Below the pieces are notes generated by a model that made no database searches, had not been told where the DNA came from, and saw nothing but the letters and a program-made list of their open reading frames with translations. Positions 37,701 through 49,561 of a DNA stretch of 64,000 nt are shown here, one piece after another; position 1 is the first letter of the stretch; every line of letters begins with the position of its first letter. Origin of the DNA: Ruditapes philippinarum. Taxonomy: Eukaryota. The position numbers and the translations under genes were made by a program. The stretch is taken from assembly GCF_026571515.1 (NCBI RefSeq), contig NW_026852705.1, forward strand, positions 62,001-126,000, in the 5' to 3' direction.

Positions 37701-40295
37701 TGATGAATTAATGGTTTTAATTTTTAAACTCACCTGAGCACAAAAGTGAGCTTATATGATGGCAAATTGTACATCTTATGTTGTTCATTGTTATCCACAC
37801 ATTCTTTAAACCATATCTTTTCCAAAACTGCAAAGTGGATTTGGACCAAACTTCACAGGATTGATCCTTAGGTCACCCTCCATAATACTTATATTAGTTG
37901 TTTCAACCTGATGCTTAAGTAGGTAACATAAGCAAAAAGTAGACTGTAAAAATGAAATCTTTGGAAGTCTTTATGCAAATGAACGATTAAGGACCATCAC
38001 TGATCTTTAAATTTGTTTTTTAAGTTTTCATAATGACCTTAGTGATGTATAAATGCTCGATTCTGTTGTAATGATTTATAATTTATTATTTGTGAATTCA
38101 TTAATAGAGGTTTAATGCACCTATTTAGGCATAATCATCTGCAGAAGCATAAGGATTGGAAGTAATTTAATAAGTCTGAGCATTAATGCACAAAAAGGTG
38201 CACTTACACTTATCTGGCATAAAAGTACAGGTCTGACCTGGTTATTCTTCATTTCTTTGTCTGTATTTTGTATTTAGAAACTATTTTTTTCATGCTTTCC
38301 CTGTGCTTGTGCGGTATCATTTGACAGTAATGTTTTGATAATGAAACTACCAGGGCCTTCATTGTATTAAACTGTTTTAACATTGCTCCCTGAATCATGC
38401 ATATTATAAAATATGCAACAAAGATGCATTGTCATGTGAATCTATCTGTTAATGCTTGTTTCTGTTCCATAAATATATACCTGCATGGGTAGTTTTTATA
38501 CAAGAATATTGTGTATACAATTTCTTTATTTGTAGAACAGACTCAGAGTCAGGATAACCAGAATGTTGAAATGAATGAAGGCAGGAGGAGGATGTTGGAA
38601 GGACCGGTTGTTCATGTACCGCCAGAAAACTTAAATTGCACCTCAACTGAGCCACCAGATTATAACACAGTCTGTAGTGGGGATAGTCAGTACCCTGGTG
38701 ATGATAGCAGTATGTACATTACAATACTAAAAGATATGTTTTAACTTATATACTCACAGTAACCACTTGGCCATGCACGCCACCACAAAAACATTATCTC
38801 ACTTTATAATAAGATTAGTATAATATATACTACCCTAAATGGTTTTGTGATGGCGTGGCTGAGTGGTTGATGAATTGGATAAGTAATCTAAGAACTGCTG
38901 GCTGCGTGGGTTAAAACTTCAAACCCTGTCAAGGGCAAGCCATTGTTTCCTTGAGCAAGAAACTTTACACGCATTGCTTGGAACTCAGGTTGGTTATAGG
39001 AACGGATTCAAGAGTGTTTCAAAAAGCTTATAGCTTCCAACACAGACTAAAGTAAGTTAGTATAATCAAAATGGTTTTGTGTCAAACATTGAATAACTTT
39101 CAACATTATATTACTTGTTTCTGTTTTAAGAATTTTGACAAAACTGTTAAGCTTAAGAGGATTTTAGAATCAAAACCATGATAGTGAAAGAGGTACATAT
39201 AACATACAAATATAGATGAATACATAAATTGAAGTAGTATGATGGAATTGTTTTACATATAACTGATATTTTGTATGTACATATTACCTTACATGTCCCA
39301 ATACTCTAGGAAAAGGTTTAAAGTAGGGTCTTATCCCCTCATTCAAAATAGTGTAAAGAAGCATTCAGTATTATATATGATATTGTTTAAAAAAAGGATA
39401 AATATCAGTTTAACATAGGTTGTTAAATTGCTTAGTGTTATATCTTCGGATTGAACAAAAAAGTCTATATAAAATTCTAAGTTTTATTGTTTATTATTAT
39501 TATGATTTTTTTATTGGTTTTTAGTGACCCTGATACTGTCAAGGTCATATGGCAATTTTCCAGCTTTACTGGTGGAGGAAGACTCTAGGTGCCCCTCAAT
39601 GCAAAATTTCAGGCATAAGTGGGTAACTGAGTTGAACAACTTACATTCCATAAGATAGCTAGATAGCTTCCTCACATGAAAGAAACCAAAGTCCCTGGTG
39701 GGAATTGAACCCACGGTGGTGAGGGGCAAGTGGTTTGAAGTCATCCATCTTAAAAACTACTTGAGCGGATGCCCCTGAAATTTAGATCATTTCAGCCATG
39801 TGTAACATTATAGGCTGATATATTAATGCATTTGCTACATTTAAGATAAGGAACCATTGTTATAAATGGAAATGCTACAGCTTAAATATTGTAATATTAA
39901 TCAGTGTCTTTGAAAAACTAGTTTCTTTTCTTTCTTTTTTTTAATTTTTTTTTTTATTTCAAGAAGTCTTTACTACACCTTTTGTCAACTGGAATTATTA
40001 TTATATTTCTTATAACTGTAAATCTATAGTTATGTGAACTTCTTTGATAATGGTATTTTCTTTGACTTTGCTCTAATGTAGCCCAAAGAAAAAGAATTTT
40101 ATAGATTTCATTAAATTACTGTGATTAAAAAATTTTAAGTGTAGTATATCTTTAATGATAATATTTGTTTATATATATTTTATCATTTTAGGTTACAGAG
40201 AAGAGAAAGTTAATCCTAATACACCACTACAACCAAGTGCCCCACCCCCGGACGAGTCACGCGAGTCACCCCCACCATACCCAGGATTCAAGTGA
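34715..40295 (+). CDS. Single-pass membrane protein with Cys-containing (CUB-like?) ectodomain and PPxY/PSAP cytoplasmic motifs; first exon(s) not resolved
   Basis: Exons 34715-34980, 36540-36678, 37172-37345, 38536-38709, 40192-40295 splice in frame with GT-AG. TM IIWIILIIIGGVLAFIFCTAFWFY followed by CCC; tail has PPDY, PSAP and PPPY. Confidence 0.82.
35317..36465 (+). mobile_element. HINE-like element in intron
   Basis: tttttagctcacctgagcac..gtgc..aggtgagc start, gcgtcc microrepeat, ~150-bp internal repeats, end gagcgat..gccatcatggc..cttgtt. Confidence 0.75.
37727..38015 (+). mobile_element. Degenerate short HINE-like element
   Basis: ctcacctgagcacaaaagtgagc start as at 35323. Confidence 0.5.
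38847..39060 (+). mobile_element. tRNA-headed CORE-like SINE
   Basis: A-box-like tggctgagtgg, interrupted B-box, then ccttgagcaagaaacttt core-like motif. Confidence 0.6.
39513..39775 (-). mobile_element. tRNA-derived SINE, near full length
   Basis: Minus-strand B-box gggttcaattccc at ~39700-39712; body shared with other copies in the window; A-rich simple tail. Confidence 0.72.
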
Positions 40296-42186
40296 TAAAG
40301 GAGAGGAATATTAAATCATCACTTGCCTTTCGAAATTGACAATATACTACCATTGTTAGAATAATGTTGAGTTTAGCTGTAGCAGCTACAAGGCTTACCT
40401 TCATGTTTAAGTTAAAGAGATATTTATTTCATAAATAACATAGTTTATCACAGGCATATGCTGCTTTTGGAGTCAGTAAAAATGGAATTGCGAGGCTGTG
40501 CATATAATTATGATGTGACATTATTTGCATAATATGAACATGGTGTAAAGACTTGCTACGGTAACGCTTGTGTAATTTATTACATTGTTGATGTACATAT
40601 CTATTGTAATATACTGTGTAAGATATACATGTACAAAGTACCTGATACTGATTTTTGTGTAGTCGTTTCAAGGGAAACAGTGTTTTTATAGATTTGTAAG
40701 ATTGTGTTCATAGATTTTATAAAACAAGTAAACTTAAGTTTTAATTTTATTATTTTTAGTGGGGGGGGGTGGAGATTTAGGGCTTATGCATTTTTTTACA
40801 TGTACATTGTATATACATATACATGCCCTGTATTTGATATTTCTAGAAGTTTTTCATCAAACTTGTGAATATATAATATGCTTTTGTATTTTGAATATTT
40901 TGCTTTATTGTGAAATTTAAACTATTTGTTTAGTGTTTTTTGTAAGTCCAGCATTTGATATGTCTGGTAAACACTGCTGTTTAACATTAATTGTGTTTAT
41001 TACAATTCAGGGCATTTTTTATTACATAATATTTTATAGCATGTTTTTAACCCACTATGTTGAATGTTATAAATGGACTTGTTTATCTTTTTCTCTGGAC
41101 AAACCGTTTATCATTTTTAGTGAGAATTTGAAAATATTTACTGACTAAATATAGAACAGTTCATTTAATAATCAAACAGTATGGACGTGCCAGCTGATCT
41201 TGGTCAGCACTGGTTGCATGGGTAGAATCTTTTGTCGCCAGAAGGCTGAAGTTAAAAGTCATGTACTTTTATTATGATATAGACAACTATTAATTCAATT
41301 TTATACATACTGATATTGTGTTATTATTATTATTATTATTTCATTGCAGTCTGAAAAGTAAAGGACAACATTCAGAGTTTCAGAACTTGTTCCAATGTAT
41401 ATGAAGCCTAACCATACTAAATTTGTCTGGCTCTAACATGGGATCAATCAATTGTTGATATAAGGGGCTTTATTAATTTAAAATGTTACAATTTAGCAGC
41501 GTTCTTGTAGTATTAGTTCCAATGTGTAGGAAGCTAAAGGCTTATAGACGCTATACCTCCATGCATGAGATATATGTGTTTTGTGTTCTAGTTATACATT
41601 TTTCTTTAATTTCGTTAATTATTTGTTTTACGTTGATATATTTATACGATTGAATTTTTATAGTTATTGTTGTTGAAAGTGCTAAAGGATATACGTATAT
41701 TGTATTTTCCCTGAATAAATGATTTATTCACAAAAAGGTTAGTTTTATGTACTGAGACCTAATATGTGTACTAATGTTTTGAAGTATGTACCATTTTAAC
41801 CTACTGGTAAATATGATATAGGCGTATTTATGCACAAATGGTCCTTCCTCACAAAGTAAAAATTAACTACATTTAAATTCTCGTAAACTATTGTTCCAAA
41901 TGTATTTTATATCCTCCTGTTACGGTTTCAATTTGTTTTAACGAGCTTATATCATCCTAGATACAAGCTCACTGGAAACATGTATGCGTCCTGTTGTGTT
42001 ATAGACAAAATCCATGCTCCATGTAAGTGTTGTAAGTTTTCATTTAACCCAGTAGAATTCTTCTCTTTAATTTTGTACTAGTTTATCTGGTACCACCAAC
42101 GACCGTTACACCTGCACTGCACCAGTTAAGACAAAGGAAAGCAAAATTATGCCATGATTACTGAGTGGTTAGGCAGTAGAATGTAC

Positions 42187-42520
42187 TTTTTTATGCCCCC
42201 CAAGGGCGGCATATAGTAATCACACTGTCCGGCTGTTCGTCCGTATCTTGTCCACGCTTCATCACCAAAACCGATTGGGGAATTTCAATAAAACTTCACA
42301 GGATTTAATTTTTTTGCACAGTTATGGCCCTTACATGGTCAAATTGTTTAGTTAAATAAGCTTGTCCGCGCTTCATCTCCAAAACCGCTGGGAGGATTTC
42401 ATTGTAACTTCACAGGATTGTTTGTCACCATGCCTAGTTGTGCATAGTGTCTTGATTTTACGCTTTTTCTCCCACAGTTCTGGCCCCTTAATGGTCAATT
42501 TTTGAGTGAAATAAGCTTGT
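42187..42520 (+). mobile_element. Truncated HINE-like element
   Basis: ttttatgccccc..ggcggcatatag start and repeated cttgtcc.cgcttcatc units. Confidence 0.55.
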
Positions 42521-42605
42521 GCGCTTCTTTTACATGTACACGCGACTGAACTTTATAATATGGTACGTTTGTATCCGGTTGCTGTCAGTTCATGAAGTAA
42601 TTTCT

Positions 42606-42608
<3 letters not shown>

Positions 42609-42688
<80 letters not shown>
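42609..42688. repeat. (CT)n microsatellite
   Basis: Directly visible. Confidence 0.98.
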
Positions 42689-42691
<3 letters not shown>

Positions 42692-43209
42692 AGAATAAAT
42701 TCATGATAAAGATTCTCGGCAGGTTATATGGCCGTATATAAACTTTATCGCATCTTTCTGATTTCGCCTTTTCATGGCAAAAAAGCAACTACATGTATAC
42801 GACATACGAAATGGCAAAAATTAGCCACCATAATTTGAAATAAATTTGAATTTTTCAAAATTAATAAAATTTAATTAAAGTCTGGTATAATCTGCCGCAC
42901 GATTCAAATTATCCAAACAACAACGTTTATAAAAAGAATCAATATCTGTTTATTGTTCTAATATTGATGATCATAGTTGTTTACAATTTATTAATTAAAT
43001 TTCATGTTAAATGCCTGTAATTTTCTACTCAAACCATTAAGTAAATATTTCTCGTTTCAAATCAATTAAAATGGACTAGCCATCTCACACCCGATTTAGC
43101 AGAATTGCTGTCTGTTCTAATGTTCTTAGGTAAACAATTTCAAAAGCACGATAATCAAATTCGACAGACCATTTGCTATGGAACAAAGTCCGTAAAGTTA
43201 ATTCTGGAC

Positions 43210-46198
43210 ATGATAAATACAATTCCTCAAATGATGATAGCATTAATTATCCTTATTCTTGCTTTAATCGGCGATAACCACGCTGTGACTTTTGTCAGAA
43301 CTGGATACACTTTTAAGTCTAGCGGCTTGCAGTATCCGGCAAACAGATTACTCCAATGCGCACGAGAATTGAGGTGGACACACACAGAAAGTGCGACCAT
43401 TTCTGCATCTGGAACATGTTCATTTCTTGCACGAGAATGGCTCGAGAACAAGACCATGTTAACAGACATGGACTATGTGACAAGTGCAGTGAAGGACCTA
43501 AACTTTCAAATTCCGGTAAGTGAGATTTATGTTTCACAAAATAAGATAATCCTGTTAAGTATGTATTTAAAGAACAAATCTAAATGAGAACAAGAAAATA
43601 ATTTCTCTGTAATAATGAGCATTTTCAGACTTTTTCGGTACACAACTTTGGAAAACAGAAGTTATTTTCATGTACGTTTCTTGTCAAGGAACAGTTCAAT
43701 CTTAATGTTTTGTGTGATGTTGTTGGCCTAAACAGCCAATTGTCTTTATTTAAACAAGGAAAGTTTATTGAAAACCATGAAATAAAAAGGAATTAGCCAT
43801 AAAAGAATTAATACAGTTGCGTTAATTTTTTTTCTTCCCGCGCTACCACATATTTTGTTTACACACGCACACACTAAAAAAATGAAAAAAAAAAGATTTC
43901 AGATATTTACATTCAATTGATAGTACATGTAGTCATTTTTTTCCTTCTCGAAAAAACAAGACTGTAAAAATGCGAAATTGTACTCCGTGAAAAAACTAGA
44001 GTCAACTGTGTTCTTTAAACGATGTCGTTACGGACGGGAATATCCGGCTCCCTGTGATAAAAGCCTCATTACCACCAGTTATCCTTGATCTAGATATTCT
44101 GTATTTTTTTGGTGTGGGGGGGTGGCTGGGGGTATGGCTTCTACAATCACCACATTTTCACAAAGGGTTACAATTGTACATGCTTGCAGCGTCAGTGCTA
44201 TCATTGTGGTAAATAATAAACATCAATTTTCATTTCAGAGGAATGTAACTTCTAGATCAGCCACTATAATGATCCCAGGACTCCTCGGAGCTGGGAGCCA
44301 GGTAGATGTGTTCTTCTCCTCGAACTCTACAGAATGTTTGTAAGCCTCTTTTTAAAGCAGCACGCCTCCAGATTCATGTTAATTTTCATGAAAATTTTGG
44401 AAATGTATTAAAATGAAAAATATTGTGAGATGAACTTGCAAATAAAGCAATTTACATATTGCAATCGGCACTATTAATGCAAGAAAATTTCCAAAATGTG
44501 GTCAGCATATGCAAAAACAGCCCTTAGTGCGTTAACTAGTAACATAGTAGAAATATGGTGGTAAAATACTGCAAAAGCAGTCTCCAACTGCACATAACAT
44601 GTAAAATATAACTTGGATCTTGAGTGTTTTTACCTTCCTTAAAAAGTTTTGTTGTAATTTTTCTAAACATTGATTTTCTTGAAATATTTTGGCTCATCTG
44701 GAGGCGTGCATCTTTAAGCTAGGTACACATATATGTATTTCATATTCCGTAGAAATCCAGGCAAACACACATTTTCAAAATTTAGACGGCGATGGTGACC
44801 AAAAACGGCAATGACGTTATACTGTTTCTAATACAAAACTGACATTATAAAATAAAATATACATTGTAGCTTAAAAATCCAGCAGTGTTTACATGTGTCA
44901 TATCTCAGACAGTTCTTTTGCCAAGTCATTTTTATAAAAATATGTTTAAATATACAATGTTGGATTACCATATTCATACAAGTACTTAACGTACTTTATT
45001 GTCATATGTTTATATCTGCCTGCATTTTTAAAACAAAAGAAAAAATGGAAAAGGAGAGAAAAAGAAGAAACGAATTTCACAATCATATATATCAGATATG
45101 ATATAAGTAGAAAATTCCACCGAGGAGGAGCCGATACGAATTGGTGGGAATGAAATGCATGTTGTAATTTGCATATAAGACATAATAAACAGCTATTTTG
45201 CAGGATGAATGCGGCCTTCCTGGTAAATATGACAGACAAACCTCTTATTGTGAAACTTAATTATAGAAAGCAAAGACTGACACTGAGGTTTAAAGTTTCA
45301 AGTGTTCTAGGCGAGTACTTTCAACACGTAAATGTTACGTTGAGCACAAATATGATTTATAAACTGTCACTGAAGCCGTCCGAAGATTATGTAAAGGTAT
45401 AATAGGCCTACATATAAATTGTATATCAGCCAATCAACTTTATCCCTTTTTCAGTTTTCTTTAAGTAAAATCTTATTTCGATCTATTAATTTCTGCATGA
45501 GATACAAATTAGTCCGTTCAGTATAATATTAAAATGTTACCGGATTTTATCATTTTAATAATAATTTAAAATCTTAAACATACGAAAGCCCATGATAGTT
45601 TCAAATGAAATAAAATGAAATATTGGAAAGGCGTTATAACGCGTAAAATGCGTATAGTAACGCGAAACGAATAGCGTTAATAAAGCTTTTAGGGCTTTTC
45701 TCTCGCGTTATAACGCCTTATGATTTGCGTAATTACGACTTTTGTTTTGCGTCATTACACCTTTTGTTTCGCGTTACTACGTTTTTATTTACGTTATTAC
45801 ACCTTTTTTTTAGCGTTACTTCGCCTTTTGTTTCATTGATTCCCGTTATAACGCCTTTATTCGTGTTACTACGCCTTTACAGTTTTGAATTTACTTTATT
45901 TGATACTATAAGGCTTTCGTATAAACGCTTTGTCATTGTTATTTATTAATTTTTTACAATATTCATCCTAACTCTATTAATGTAAATTCATCACTAATAT
46001 TTATGGGAATATATATTAATTATGTCTTAAATTGAAGAATTGTATTTTAAATAGGTTAGCTTGGATGATGAAACAGTTGCACGGTATTTTTACAGTGTGA
46101 CAGGAAATCCATACACCCTCAACAATGCTGTAAACGTTACTATTGGCGGCTATTCTGGCACTCTTTTCCTTCATAGGATTAGATTCCGCTTTGCCTAA
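43210..46198 (+). CDS. Secreted galectin-like protein (paralog 2, 4 exons)
   Basis: Exons 43210 (or 43231)-43515, 44239-44339, 45204-45396, 46055-46198; GT-AG, phases 0/2/0. Signal peptide MMIALIILILALIG; shared motifs LQC, WLE, KDL.FQ.P, PGLLG.GS.VDV, NP[YF]T, LHR. Confidence 0.85.
44356..44713. mobile_element. MITE with TTAA TSD and AG terminus (Kolobok-like)
   Basis: ttaa|agcagcacgcctccagat ... atctggaggcgtgcatct|ttaa. Confidence 0.8.
45581..45921. mobile_element. Foldback MITE with internal ~22-bp repeats
   Basis: tacgaaagcc..atagtttcaaat / atttgatactat..ggctttcgta; internal gttataacgcc/ttacgccttt repeats. Confidence 0.55.
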
Positions 46199-47305
46199 GA
46201 TATTAGCAATTAAGTACATTTGTATTACAATGGTTTCATACCTTTAACTTGGGAATATTATACTTTTAGTATATATATCTATGTTAACATGGAATGTAAT
46301 TTTCCTGCCATGTATCATAAGAATATTGAACATAATAATGATGGACTAAAACTCTACACTGGCAAATCTCTATAATAACCTTGGAAGACGGACACTTATC
46401 AGTTGTCAAGAATAGAACTTTGTTAGATGAGTGCTTAAAATAACAGATTTCTTTAAAAGCCAAATATGTCTCAATTGCCTGCTGTCAGTTTTATTTCTCA
46501 AAAGCTTTTGATTGTTCAGCTTCTTATTATGTACAGCTTCCAAAATATAGTCGTTATGCTAACTTTCAGAAGACTATTGCATTATAATGTTCACAATCTG
46601 AAATGAACATTTATATGTTTTTAAATCTGAAGCGCAAACGAAGAAACGAAGATACATCTACACGTCGCATATCATGTTCATTCATTAAACAAAGTGTGCG
46701 TGCACATGCGCGCGCGCGTGTGTGTGTGGACCCCGACATGTCTCCATTCATGTCCTTAAAGGTTATTACATTCCAAAAGTTGACCTATAAATTTTGAAGT
46801 CAGTAATTCACTAGATATGTATGCTAGTTTTTTGTAATGCTTACAATTTTGATTTACGGGAGGCCAATGATACCATTATACGCATCGTGGAGACCATTAG
46901 TTCTGCTATTAAAATACCGATGGCTATCTGCAGAATACCGGTAATTTCTATCCAGACGTTAAAGTGGATAAAACAGTTTGAATACTAATCGATTACCGCC
47001 ATATCACAGAGGACAACACTACAAAAGCCGATCCCGTCTACCAACGAAGCCGATGTTTATCTTACATTTTATTTGTTTAAAAAGCAATCAGAATATGTTC
47101 AGATTGTTAAATATATCGTAGTAACAGATACAGGTTTATTTGGATTAAATTTAGGGATGAGACCAATCAAGAGCTTCATTTTGTTTCATATAGAGTCACG
47201 TCTGGTTAGGTCTCTGAGGAGATCTATCTCTGATTTTAATAAAACTCAGTCATTTGCTTCTGCTCTTGTGAAGTTTATTATCACACATGAGTTTGTGCAT
47301 AGAAG

Positions 47306-48241
47306 ATGGCGGACGAAGCATATTATACCGTATGGCACATCGTGTATATTACAATAGCCATCCCGACAGTGTTTGGAAATGGGCTAATTTTGTACAGCGT
47401 TGCGAGGTTTAAAAAGTTAAGAAGTAATATTCGCATTCTCATAGCAAATTTGGCAGTTTCGGATTTAATTGTCGGTGCTATTTTGATACCAACAGACATG
47501 CTGTCGGACTTTTTTGGATGGAAAAGTAACAAATACGTTTGCTTGTCTTGTCTTGGAATGTTTGTTCTTAGTCTAGGTACGTCGTGTTACAATCTATTGT
47601 TAATATCAATAGAACGTTTTATTGCTATCTATTATCCAATGCGAGTGAAAACGATAATAACTAAAGCAAAGATGGTATTCATGGTATCTTTGGGTTGGTT
47701 AATTGTAGGAATCAATAGCTCGGTACCTTTTTATGGTGTGAACAACTTTACAAACTCTACAGAATGTGCTCACAATGTTGTTTGGCCACAAGAGTATCAA
47801 AAAAACTGCGATTGGCAACTTATCAGTGCACTTATAGTAAATTTTCTATTTTACGCAATAGTAGTACGGATAGCTTTAAGAAAAGTTCAAATGGGAGACA
47901 AAATTGAAGGTAATAAAAACTTCTGCATACACTCGAAGGCGACAGTTGATTTGCACCATGTTATAACAATGGTTATCGTGCTTGGGACATTCGTTATATG
48001 TTGGTTACCCTACTTTATCCTCAGTGTCATCGTCACATTTTCGAACACATCTTACTACCAATTCGTGAAGCGATGCACGTTGGTTCCAGGTCTCTGCAAC
48101 TCGGCTGTAAACTGGCTCATCTACGGGTACAGAAATAAAGAATTCAGAAAGGCTTTCAAAACTATATTGAAATGGAATGTTTGTTGTAAGGCTAAAAGCC
48201 GCTCACCACAAAATGTAACGTCAATTTACCGTGCTAATTAA
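47306..48241 (+). CDS. Intronless class A (rhodopsin-like) GPCR, orphan
   Basis: Seven hydrophobic segments; GN (TM1), NLAVSD (TM2), C at TM3 start, ISIERF..I.YP, W (TM4), F.ICWLPY (TM6), NSAVNWLIY (TM7), helix 8 EFRKAF. Confidence 0.95.
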   Translation: MADEAYYTVWHIVYITIAIPTVFGNGLILYSVARFKKLRSNIRILIANLAVSDLIVGAILIPTDMLSDFFGWKSNKYVCLSCLGMFVLSLGTSCYNLLLISIERFIAIYYPMRVKTIITKAKMVFMVSLGWLIVGINSSVPFYGVNNFTNSTECAHNVVWPQEYQKNCDWQLISALIVNFLFYAIVVRIALRKVQMGDKIEGNKNFCIHSKATVDLHHVITMVIVLGTFVICWLPYFILSVIVTFSNTSYYQFVKRCTLVPGLCNSAVNWLIYGYRNKEFRKAFKTILKWNVCCKAKSRSPQNVTSIYRAN

Positions 48242-49106
48242 GAAATAAAAGAAATATACATAGTGTTCTTTAACAGACATTGAGGACATTGCAACGTGTA
48301 TTTGGGGAATTCCTTTTTATCTTGTTTAAATGTTTTATAATGAGCACTTTGTGAATACTTAATTTTAATTACATATAATAAAACGTTTTGATTTTATTAC
48401 TGATGGTTGTATTTGATTTTCAATATAACTGCTGTATGTCTAATCATTGTTTATAATGTTGTAAATAAATAGATATTATTACAGAAAAAAGATTTATTGT
48501 TCTGTATATAAGTAATTGTCTTTTTTTTAAAAATTAATTCGTTAAGCAAGTTGAGAACATTTTGACGCGTATGTATGCTATTATAAGTTATAATGAAGTG
48601 GTAGAGGCACGTAAACACTTGTTGACAGGATATCCCAATTGACTGCTAAGCAATTTCTGCAATAAATTAATGTTTTTAATCAGTTGTATAAAACAACGCA
48701 GTTACATCATTCTTAAGTTTATTGTGTAAAAACAAACCAAATAGTTGGTTAACAGCATAAATTACTTCAAAAGCTTCACTTTATTATTGATAAAGCACAA
48801 TATGATAAAACAATGATAATTTCATATTTGTTCGTGTTTATATTAATTATTATCGGATCAATCAATGTATTCGGACGAAATGTTCAGCGACAAGTCGATA
48901 ATCTTGAGAGAAGGTGAGTAGATTTTAGATTAAACACATTATTATCAAAACAAGCAGACGAAATAACTACTCAATATGTAATCACATAGTTTTAATAAAA
49001 GTTCACGAAGAGTTATGTCATCGTATTCATTGTCGATTTGTTCTTGGTATATTCAGGAAAAATCAATCCTGAATAGTCAATGTAGTTCTTGGAAATCCTC
49101 CTACTC

Positions 49107-49390
49107 TCTGGTGTCAATCAGGGCTCTGTAACTGACCCCTTTCTATTCCTTTCATACATCAATAATCCTACGAAATCCATTAAAATAAGGACCGTTTCAT
49201 ACCTGGTGACACTCTAGGTTACTTGACAATTGCTTCACTGTCAGATGCTCAACATCTACATAATGATCTCCATAAGTTAGGTGTAATGGAAGCATGCATC
49301 AGACTGGGCAATGCACGGAATTTAACCGCGATAAATGCGAGGTTCTTCACATCTTACGAAAGCAGCATCTTGTAATTCCTCATATACCTA
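49107..49390 (+). pseudogene. Degenerate non-LTR retrotransposon RT fragment (CR1/L2-like)
   Basis: SGVNQGSV..PFLFLSYIN, LHNDLHKL and EFNRDKCEVLHI correspond to SGVPQGSVLGPLLF..YIND, LQxDL and FNxxKC motifs; frameshifted. Confidence 0.7.
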
Positions 49391-49561
49391 TAATAATAAA
49401 ACATAAAGAACACCAGAATCATCAAAACTACTTTGGAAAGTTTAAACTAGGCAGCAAACAACTCCCTAGAAATATCAAATTACAAAGAAAAAATATATAC
49501 ATTCGTATGTACATGTTCATGCTTCAGAACACCTCAATTCAATACTTAAGTTCTGTAATTT

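Noticed and set aside
39690-39775. tRNA gene
   Set aside because: Only a B-box-like arm, no complete cloverleaf; continuous with a SINE body.
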